Shown here in pieces: positions 36,919 to 44,529 of a stretch of 64,000 nt of DNA; the stretch's first letter is position 1; every line of letters starts with the position of its first letter. The DNA lies in contig JASGHJ010000002.1 in the NCBI GenBank assembly GCA_047602405.1, positions 2,944,001 to 3,008,000 of the forward strand, read 5' to 3'. Source of the stretch: Anaeromyxobacteraceae bacterium. GTDB taxonomy: Bacteria; Myxococcota; Myxococcia; Myxococcales; Anaeromyxobacteraceae. The translations under genes were made by a program, and so were the position numbers. The notes under the pieces were generated by a model that searched no databases, was not told the origin of the DNA, and saw only the letters and a list, made by a program, of their open reading frames with translations.

Positions 36919-38424
36919 ATGGCGAGGTGGATCTGCGGAGCCGCGGCGGCGGCCCTCGTGGCGGCGTGCGTGCTCGGGTGTGGCGGCGGGAAGTCCCCGC
37001 ACCGCGAGCCGGGCACCACGGAGCCCCCGCCGGTCACCGCGCCGCCCGCTGCCCAGCCGCCCGTCACGAGCGGCGCCTTCCGGTTCTACGGCCCGCCTCA
37101 GGGCGTGACGGGCGACGTCGCGGACGTCTCCGCCGACGAGGGCGGCAACGTCTGGGTCGCCGCGGGCACGCACGTCCTCGTCCGGCCCGCCGGCGCGCGC
37201 GACTTCACCGCGCTCGACCTCGACGCGGCGGGGGTCTCGGCGACCTGCCACGACGAGGCGGAGGTGAAGGTCGCCGCGCCGGCCAGCGCGGCGAGGCCCT
37301 GCCCGGCCATCTCGGTGGCGGGGCTCGACGCCGGGCGCGCGATCGTGGGCACGCGGGGCGTCGGCACCGACGGCGACGACGACGCGACCTGGGCGACGCG
37401 CTCCGGCGGCGCCGACGTGCTCCGGCTCGACGCGCTCGCGACCCCGCCCCGCGTGGAGCGCGTGCGGCACGTCCTCGTGGCCGCTCCGCCCGGCGTCGCG
37501 TGCGAGGAGTGGGACAACTCCAATCCCTCGGTGCCCCGCAACACGAGGTGCAAGGACACCTGGGACGGCTCGATCTGGGCCAGCGGCCGCCTCAAGCTGA
37601 GGCAGGTGCAGCGCATCGTCGTGAACCACGACCGCAGCCGGCCGCTGTCCTACCTGGACGCCTACCTCGGCGGCACGCACGCCTCGCTCGCGATCCTCGC
37701 GGCCCACCCGGAGGACCGGGGCATGGCGGACACGAGCAAGGAGGATCCCGAGTGGACCGACACGCGCGGCGTCTGGGAGCACCACCACCCGGACGTGTGG
37801 CGCGGCTCGAGCTTCCTGACCGGCTCGGCCTGGGGCCTCGCGCTCGACCCGGTGTCGAACGTGCCCTGGTACACGAACGGCTTCCGCATCGCGAGCCTGC
37901 AGGACTACGCCTCGCAGCGCGCCCCGACCGCGGTGGGTGCGTGGTGGGGCGATCAGGTGCCCGGCGGGGAGCACCTGTGGATCTGGGCTCGGGAAGCGGA
38001 TCCGGCCGATCCCGCTCGAAACGACGGCTCGCAGGCGCTGGCGTTCTGCCCGGACGGCACTTTGTGGGTGGGGTCGGAGTCCCATGGGCTCGCGCGCGTG
38101 CGACTCGATCGGACCAGGCTCGAGGACCTCATCGCGGGCTACACGATCGAGCGGATCCCCGTGCCCGAGGGGGCGGGCGGTGCGCTCGCCGTCGCGTGCG
38201 ACCCGGCCGACGGGTCGGTGTGGGTGGGCTTCGCCTGGGGCGGCTTCGGGCGGTGGAAGGACGGGTGGCGCACCGTGCCAGCGCAGCAGGACGTGCCGGA
38301 ATTCGCGCGTGGCCCCGTGCGTTCCATCCAGATCGACGCCGGGTCGACGCCGAGGACGGTCTGGATGGCCCACCTCGCCTCCAGGCTCGGGCCCGCCGGG
38401 ATCACGGCCTATGACGGACCGTGA
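36919..38424 (+). CDS. Lipoprotein, probable beta-propeller
   Basis: VLGC lipobox; repeated DxxGxxWV blades (SADEGGNVWV, CPDGTLWV, DPADGSVWV). Confidence 0.7.
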   Translation: MARWICGAAAAALVAACVLGCGGGKSPHREPGTTEPPPVTAPPAAQPPVTSGAFRFYGPPQGVTGDVADVSADEGGNVWVAAGTHVLVRPAGARDFTALDLDAAGVSATCHDEAEVKVAAPASAARPCPAISVAGLDAGRAIVGTRGVGTDGDDDATWATRSGGADVLRLDALATPPRVERVRHVLVAAPPGVACEEWDNSNPSVPRNTRCKDTWDGSIWASGRLKLRQVQRIVVNHDRSRPLSYLDAYLGGTHASLAILAAHPEDRGMADTSKEDPEWTDTRGVWEHHHPDVWRGSSFLTGSAWGLALDPVSNVPWYTNGFRIASLQDYASQRAPTAVGAWWGDQVPGGEHLWIWAREADPADPARNDGSQALAFCPDGTLWVGSESHGLARVRLDRTRLEDLIAGYTIERIPVPEGAGGALAVACDPADGSVWVGFAWGGFGRWKDGWRTVPAQQDVPEFARGPVRSIQIDAGSTPRTVWMAHLASRLGPAGITAYDGP

Positions 38425-38636
38425 TCCGCGTCACGTTCCGTGACCTCCCGGCTCTCGCGCGCTGCGACCTGCACGTCCCCGGACCGGACCCAGGGTTCGA
38501 TTCCGCCGGAGGGAGGAGCGTCCCGGGACGCTTTCCCGTCCGTAAACGGGCAGTGTGACTGTAAGTGGTACCGTACCTTCTGCGCGCCCCGAAAGAGACC
38601 ATGTGACGGCCTCCACGCTGCGATAACCATCCGCGC

Positions 38637-38846
38637 ATGGACCTCCTGACTCGATTCGCCGGCAACGTTCGCAGGCTGCGCGCCAAGAAGAAGCTCAGCC
38701 AGAAGGCGCTCGCCGACAAGATCGGGATCTCGGTCTCGTACGTCTCGATGCTCGAGCGCGGCCAGCGCTCGCCGCCGCTCGAGACCATCGAGAAGATGGC
38801 GAAGGCGCTCGGCGTCCCGCCGGGCGCGCTGCTCGGCGGCCGGTAG
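38637..38846 (+). CDS. XRE/Cro-family HTH regulator
   Basis: LSQKALADKIGISVSYVSMLERGQRSPPLETIEKMAKALGV. Confidence 0.92.
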   Translation: MDLLTRFAGNVRRLRAKKKLSQKALADKIGISVSYVSMLERGQRSPPLETIEKMAKALGVPPGALLGGR

Positions 38847-38873
38847 GCCGGCCGCGCACCGTCCTCCGAGATC

Positions 38874-39848
38874 GTGATCTCGCTCGCCGCCGCGCTCGTC
38901 CTCGGCACGTTCAGCATCGTCGCCGCCGATCCCGCCACCGGGCAGCTGGGCGTGGCGGTGGAGTCGAAGTTCCCGGCGGTCGGCGCGATCGTCCCCGCCG
39001 CGAAGGCCGGGGTGGGCGCCGTCGCCACCCAGGCCGCGGCGAACGTGGCCTGGCGGGCCGACGCGCTCGCGCTCCTCGCGCAGGGGCTCTCGCCCGAGGA
39101 GGCCGTGCAGCGGCTCGTCCAGGCCGACGCGGGCCGCGACGACCGCCAGCTCGGCCTCGTCGACGCGAAGGGCCGCGCGGCGAGCTTCACCGGCAGCCGC
39201 TGCCCCGACCACGCGAGCTCGATCGTCGGCGACGGCTTCGCCGTGCAGGGCAACATCCTCGCCGGCCGCGCGGTCGTGGAGGCGGTCGCGCGGGCCTACC
39301 GCGAGGCGCGCGCCGCCGGACGGCCGCTGGCCGAGCGCCTCCTCGCCGCGCTCGAGGCGGGCCAGGCCGCCGGCGGCGATCGCCGCGGCCAGGAGAGCGC
39401 CGCGCTCTACGTCGTGAAGCCCGGCGGCGGCTACGGCGGCGAAGGCGACGTCTGGGTGGACCTGCGCGTCGACGACCACCCGCGCCCGATCCAGGAGCTG
39501 CGCCGCCTCTACGTCGAGGTGCACCAGCTCTACTTCGGCGAGACGAAGGCGACCGTGAAGCTCGAGGGTGAGGTCGCCGCGGAGGTGCGCCGCCACCTCG
39601 CGTCGGTCGGCTACCCCGCCGGCGCGGCGGCCCCCGCGGCGCCCTGGGATCCGGCGAGCCAGCAGGCGCTCGAGGACTGGGCCGGCTTCGAGAACCTCGA
39701 GATGCGCGTGAAGAAGGACGGGCGCCTCGACGTGGTCGTCCTCGACCGCCTGCGCGCCGCCGCCCGGGCCGGGGGGAAGGCCGCGGCGAAGGAGCAGCAG
39801 GGAGCCGGGAAGGCGGGCGCCCCGGAGCGGGACGTCAGGAAGAAGTAG
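38874..39848 (+). CDS. DUF1028 Ntn-hydrolase-like protein with C-terminal peptidoglycan-binding-like domain
   Basis: TFSIVA, GAVATQA, QGNIL, GGDRRG, DLRVDDH; WAGFENLEMR. Confidence 0.85.
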   Translation: MISLAAALVLGTFSIVAADPATGQLGVAVESKFPAVGAIVPAAKAGVGAVATQAAANVAWRADALALLAQGLSPEEAVQRLVQADAGRDDRQLGLVDAKGRAASFTGSRCPDHASSIVGDGFAVQGNILAGRAVVEAVARAYREARAAGRPLAERLLAALEAGQAAGGDRRGQESAALYVVKPGGGYGGEGDVWVDLRVDDHPRPIQELRRLYVEVHQLYFGETKATVKLEGEVAAEVRRHLASVGYPAGAAAPAAPWDPASQQALEDWAGFENLEMRVKKDGRLDVVVLDRLRAAARAGGKAAAKEQQGAGKAGAPERDVRKK

Positions 39849-39872
39849 CCGGGCTCCGCGGTTCACCCTCTC

Positions 39873-40712
39873 ATGCCGGCGCGGTTCGGGCGTAGACACT
39901 TCCTCGGGGGCGCCGCGACCATCGCGGCCGCGGGCGCGCTCGGCGCCTTCCCCCGCCTCGCCGAGGCGGACGGGCGCGCGGTCCGCCCCGAGCACGTCAC
40001 CTTCCTCGTGCCCGGGCTCGACCCCGCCCACGACGGCCTCAAGGTCGCGCAGCTCTCCGACGTCCACGTGGGCCCGCGCACGCCGGCCGAGACCGTGCGC
40101 GAGGCGATCGACCTCGCGAACGCGTTCGAGCCCGACCTCGTGGTGCTCACCGGCGACTACGTCTGCCACCACCGGCGCGAGGTCGACCTCGTGCGGGAGC
40201 TCCTCGGTGGCCTCGAGGCGCCGACGTTCGCGGTGCTCGGGAACCACGACGTGTGGGTCGACCCCGCGGGCACCGCGGACGCGCTGCGCGGCTGCGGGCA
40301 CGAGGTGCTCGAGAACGCCTGGACCGAGGTGTCGCTGCGCGGCGCGCCGCTGCGCCTCGTGGGGATCGGCGACCGCATGACCCACCGCGACGACGTCGAG
40401 CGCGCCGTCCGCGGCCTGCCGGCCGGCGGCTCCTCCCCGCTCGTGCTCGCGCACGGCCCGAAGACGGCCGACCGCGTCCGCGCCCTCGGGCGGCCCGCGC
40501 TCTGCCTCTCGGGCCACACGCACGGCGGCCAGATCAACCTGCCGATCGTGACCCCCATCCTCTTCGCGGCGATCCACGAGCCCTACGTCCGGGGCCGGTA
40601 CCGGCTGGGGGACGTGCAGCTCTACGTGAACCGGGGCGTGGGGATGAGCGGCGTGCGCGTGCGCGTGAACGCACCCCCCGAAGTGACGCTCGCGACCCTG
40701 CGCGCCGCCTAG
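39873..40712 (+). CDS. Metallophosphoesterase (YkuE-like) with Tat-like signal
   Basis: GRRHFL; SDVH, TGDY, GNHD, GHTHGGQ. Confidence 0.9.
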   Translation: MPARFGRRHFLGGAATIAAAGALGAFPRLAEADGRAVRPEHVTFLVPGLDPAHDGLKVAQLSDVHVGPRTPAETVREAIDLANAFEPDLVVLTGDYVCHHRREVDLVRELLGGLEAPTFAVLGNHDVWVDPAGTADALRGCGHEVLENAWTEVSLRGAPLRLVGIGDRMTHRDDVERAVRGLPAGGSSPLVLAHGPKTADRVRALGRPALCLSGHTHGGQINLPIVTPILFAAIHEPYVRGRYRLGDVQLYVNRGVGMSGVRVRVNAPPEVTLATLRAA

Positions 40713-40736
40713 CGACCGGGGCCTATACTCCCGGGC

Positions 40737-42479
40737 GTGACCGCCTCCGCCCTCGCCGCCGCGCGCGCCTCCGCCCCGACCTCCGACACCCGCGCGCTCG
40801 ACGCGGCGGTCGCCCGCCTGGGCGAGGCGGCGCCCGCGTGGGCGAGGGCGCCGCTCACCGAGCGGATCGCGCTTGCCCGCTCGATGCTCGCCGGGATCGA
40901 CCGGGTGGCCGAGCGCTTCGCGCGGGCCGCCTGCGACGCGAAGGGCATCCCGTTCGACGCGCCCGCCGCCGGCGAGGAGTGGCTGGGTGGGCCCTACGTG
41001 ACGGCCCGCTTCCTCCGCCAGGTCGTCCGCACGCTCGAGGCGCTCGCGAGCGACGGCGCACCGCCCATCCCCTCGGTCGAGGAGGGGCCCGACGGCCGCG
41101 CGGTCGCGAAGGTGTTCCCCTCGGTCTGGACCGACGTCGTCCTCCTCTCCCTCGTGCGCGCCGACGTACGGTTCCAGGAGGGCGTGAAGGCGGGCGAGGT
41201 GCGGGAGCGCGCCGCCCCGTTCCACCGGCACCGCGACCACGACGGCGTGGTCTCGCTCGTGCTCGGGGCCGGCAACATCAACTCCATCCCGCCCACCGAC
41301 GCGATCCAGAAGCTCTTCCACGAGGGCAAGACCTGCCTCGTGAAGCTGAACCCGGTGAACGCCTACCTCGGGCCGATCCTCGAGGACGCGTTCCGGGACG
41401 CCGTCGCGCGGAACCTCCTCGCCTTCGCCTACGGCGGCGGGGACGTGGGCGCCTACCTCGTGCAGCACCCCGGAGTGGGCGAGGTGCACATCACCGGCGG
41501 CGAGCGCACCCACCAGGCGATCGTGTGGGGCCCGCCCGGCCCCGAGCGCGACGCCCGCCTGGCGCGGAACGCGCCCCTCCTCACGAAGCCCATCACGAGC
41601 GAGCTCGGCTGCGTGTCGCCGACACTGGTCGTGCCGGGCGACTGGGACGACGCGACGCTCGCGTTCCAGGCGGAGAGCGTCGCCGGGATGGTGACCTACA
41701 ACTCCGCCTTCAACTGCACGAGCGCGCGCATGCTGCTGACGCCGCGCGGCTGGAAGCTCCGCGAGAGGTTCCTCGGGCTCGTCGAGGCGGCGATGGCGCG
41801 GACCCCGGCGCGCCGGCCTTACTACCCGGGCGCCCACGACGCCTACGCCCGCGCGACCGCCGGACGCGAGGACGTGCGGAAGGTGGGCGGGGGCGCCCCC
41901 GCCGCCGGAGACGGGGGCACCCTGCCCTGGACGATCGTGCGGGGCCTCGACGCCCGCGCGCCCGACCCCGCGTTCGCGGAGGAGCTCTTCTGCCCGGTCC
42001 TCTTCGAGGTGCCGATCGGCGGCGAGGACCCCGCGCAGTACCTCGCCGAGGCGGTGGCGTTCTCGAACGACCGGCTCTTCGGGACGCTCTCGGCGAACGT
42101 GATCGCCCACCCGCGCTCGCTCTCCGACCCGGCGGTCGGCCCGCTCGTCGAGCGCGCGCTCCGCGACCTGCGCCACGGCACCGTCGCCGTGAACTGCTGG
42201 ACCGGCTATGCGTTCGGCTTCGGCACGACGCCCTGGGGCGGCTTCCCGGGCGCGACGCTCCGGGCGCCGCAGAGCGGGCTCGGGGTGGTCCACAACAACC
42301 TCATGCTCGACGGCGTCGAGAAGGCCATCATCCGGCACCCGGCGCGGCACCTCGTGAAGCCGCCCATCTTCCCGAGCCACCGCACGACGCACCTCCTCGG
42401 GCGCCAGCTGACGCGCCTCGAGTCGAGCGGCTCGCTCGCGACCCTCCTCCCGATCACCGGCGCGGTGCTGCGGTCGTAG
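40737..42479 (+). CDS. Aldehyde dehydrogenase family protein
   Basis: HITGG, SELGCVSP, FNCTS, EELFCP. Confidence 0.85.
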   Translation: MTASALAAARASAPTSDTRALDAAVARLGEAAPAWARAPLTERIALARSMLAGIDRVAERFARAACDAKGIPFDAPAAGEEWLGGPYVTARFLRQVVRTLEALASDGAPPIPSVEEGPDGRAVAKVFPSVWTDVVLLSLVRADVRFQEGVKAGEVRERAAPFHRHRDHDGVVSLVLGAGNINSIPPTDAIQKLFHEGKTCLVKLNPVNAYLGPILEDAFRDAVARNLLAFAYGGGDVGAYLVQHPGVGEVHITGGERTHQAIVWGPPGPERDARLARNAPLLTKPITSELGCVSPTLVVPGDWDDATLAFQAESVAGMVTYNSAFNCTSARMLLTPRGWKLRERFLGLVEAAMARTPARRPYYPGAHDAYARATAGREDVRKVGGGAPAAGDGGTLPWTIVRGLDARAPDPAFAEELFCPVLFEVPIGGEDPAQYLAEAVAFSNDRLFGTLSANVIAHPRSLSDPAVGPLVERALRDLRHGTVAVNCWTGYAFGFGTTPWGGFPGATLRAPQSGLGVVHNNLMLDGVEKAIIRHPARHLVKPPIFPSHRTTHLLGRQLTRLESSGSLATLLPITGAVLRS

Positions 42480-42493
42480 GCAATCCGTCGGCC

Positions 42494-42577
42494 GGAACGC
42501 CGGCCCCGGTCACCCGGACCCGGGCCACGGTCGTGCGGACCCGGGCCGCCGTCATCCGAAACCGAGCCGCCGCCTCG
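42494..42577. repeat. Degenerate 21-nt tandem repeat (4 units)
   Basis: GGAACGCCGGCCCCGGTCACC / CGGACCCGGGCCACGGTCGTG / CGGACCCGGGCCGCCGTCATC / CGAAACCGAGCCGCCGCCTCG. Confidence 0.55.
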
Positions 42578-42612
42578 ACACGGACCTGGGGTGATGCTTT
42601 ATCCTGGCGTCC

Positions 42613-43104
42613 GTGAAGAGCTTCCTCATCTCGTGGCTCGCGAGGCGGTACGCGGGCGGGGACCTCGCGGCCTTCCAGGCCGACCACCCGGGCGAGTGGC
42701 TGGTCTGGGAGGCGGGGCCGTGGCGGCCTCCCGCCTCCCGCCGCGAGACGATGTCCTCCGGGCCCGGCACGCGCCTGCTCGCCGCCGGCGAGTCGCTCGC
42801 CATCCTGCTCGAGCCGAAGGTGTCCGGCGCCCGCGAGGTCCGCCTCGGCCGCTCCGCCGAGAACGACCTCGTGGTCGACGACGGCACGCTCTCCCGGGCG
42901 CACCTCGCCTTCGCGAAGGACGCCTCGGGCCTCTGGACCGCCCGCGACGTGGGCTCGTCGAACGGCTCGCAGCTCGAGGGGAAGCCGCTCCTGCGCCACC
43001 CCACCCGGCTCGAGAGCGGCGCGCGCCTCGAGGCCGGCGCGGTGCACCTCACGTTCTACGACGCGGGCGGGATGTACCTGCGCCTGCGCGGCGCGCAGCC
43101 TTAG
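42613..43104 (+). CDS. FHA-domain protein
   Basis: LGRSAENDL, LSRAH, DVGSSNG. Confidence 0.88.
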   Translation: MKSFLISWLARRYAGGDLAAFQADHPGEWLVWEAGPWRPPASRRETMSSGPGTRLLAAGESLAILLEPKVSGAREVRLGRSAENDLVVDDGTLSRAHLAFAKDASGLWTARDVGSSNGSQLEGKPLLRHPTRLESGARLEAGAVHLTFYDAGGMYLRLRGAQP

Positions 43105-43124
43105 GCAGGGACACCGCCGCCGCC

Positions 43125-43610
43125 TCAGCCCGGAGAACGCAGCGCGTCCCGGAGCGCGAGCCGCGCCTCCCGGCGCACCTTCGCGTCGCGCTCCCGGCGG
43201 CGCTCCTCCTCGGTCTCGGCGAGGAGCGGCGGGACCGGCGTCTTCTTCCCGTCCCTGAGCGCCACGAACGTCAGGTAGGCGTCGCAGCAGCGGACGCGCG
43301 CGCCGGTGAGCGGGTCCTCGTCGTCCACCGTGACCTCGATCTCCATCGAGGTCGTGAACACCGCCGTCACCCGCGCGGTGAGCACCGCCATGTGGCTCAC
43401 CCGCACCGGCGCGACGAACGAGAGCTGGTCGATCGACGCCGTGACGACGGGCAGGCGGGCGTGGCGCATGGCCGCCATCCCGGCGGCGAGGTCGATCCAC
43501 TGCATCACCATGCCGCCGAACGCGGTGCCGTGCCCGTTGGCGTCGCCGGGCATCACGAGGTGGGTCACGTCGACGCGCGAGGCGGAGGCGGGCTTGCCGG
43601 TCCCGGACAT
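43125..43610 (-). CDS. Acyl-CoA thioesterase (hotdog fold)
   Basis: PGDANGHGTAFGG..WIDLAA, VTASID. Confidence 0.9.
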   Translation of the reverse strand: MSGTGKPASASRVDVTHLVMPGDANGHGTAFGGMVMQWIDLAAGMAAMRHARLPVVTASIDQLSFVAPVRVSHMAVLTARVTAVFTTSMEIEVTVDDEDPLTGARVRCCDAYLTFVALRDGKKTPVPPLLAETEEERRRERDAKVRREARLALRDALRSPG

Positions 43611-43710
43611 GGGGCCTGTTTACCGCGCCGGGGCCGCCGGCGCGAGGGCCCCTGCGCGCGACAGCCCCCCGGAGTAGGATGCCCGTCCCGCAACTCCCGG
43701 AGACGCCCCC

Positions 43711-44529
43711 ATGCCGCTCGAAGTCACCCTCATCGACTACGCCCGCGACCCGCTCTCGAAGCTCTACGGCGCCTACCGCACCTGCTACACGCCGAAGACG
43801 CCGGGCGAGGTCTGGGGCGAGATCCGCGAGGGCAAGATCACGCCCGAGTCGATCCGGGAGTTCATCGGCGAGCGGCTCAAGACCGGCCACGCCTCCCCGC
43901 TCGAGCAGGTCGTCTTCTGGTTCGGCATCTCCGGCGTGTCGCGGGCGCTCAGCCACCAGTTCGTCCGGCACCGGATCGGCATCAGCTTCGAGCAGCAGTC
44001 GCAGCGGTACGTGAAGTACAAGGAGGAGCGGCTCGACTACGTCATGCCGAAGACCTGGGAGAAGGTCCCCGGCATGGCCGACGCGTACGACCGCCTCATG
44101 CGGGAGATCACCCGCGTCTACGAGGACGCGCTCGCGAAGGGCATCCCCGCCGAGGACGCGCGCTTCGTGCTCCCGAACGCCACCCCCACCAACTTCCAGG
44201 TGATGGTGAACTTCACCGAGCTGCTGCACATTGCCGACCTCCGGCTCTGCTGGCGCGCGCAGTGGGAGATCCGCCACATGGTGGCCCAGATGCGGCGCGA
44301 GGTGATGAAGGCCATCCCGGAGATCGGCGGGTACCTGCAGCCGAAGTGCGGCGACAAGCGCACGGGCTACTGCGACGAGCCCCGCAAGGAGTGGGAGAAG
44401 TGTCCGCTCGGGAAGGTGCGGCCGCACAAGGAGCAGATCCTCGAGGTCTTCCGGGAGTACCGCTCGGGGAACCTCGTGCCGCTCGGCGAGAACCACCTCC
44501 GCGAGGTCGAGGACGCGGGGAACGAATGA
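43711..44529 (+). CDS. thyX: Flavin-dependent thymidylate synthase
   Basis: HASPLE, HQFVRHR..SQRY, ARFVLP, AQWEIR. Confidence 0.93.
   Translation: MPLEVTLIDYARDPLSKLYGAYRTCYTPKTPGEVWGEIREGKITPESIREFIGERLKTGHASPLEQVVFWFGISGVSRALSHQFVRHRIGISFEQQSQRYVKYKEERLDYVMPKTWEKVPGMADAYDRLMREITRVYEDALAKGIPAEDARFVLPNATPTNFQVMVNFTELLHIADLRLCWRAQWEIRHMVAQMRREVMKAIPEIGGYLQPKCGDKRTGYCDEPRKEWEKCPLGKVRPHKEQILEVFREYRSGNLVPLGENHLREVEDAGNE

Noticed and set aside
38493..38504. tRNA T-loop-like GGGTTCGATTCC
   Set aside because: No complete T stem, acceptor stem or anticodon arm
42494..42577. Mini CRISPR array
   Set aside because: Contiguous degenerate units with no spacers and no cas genes
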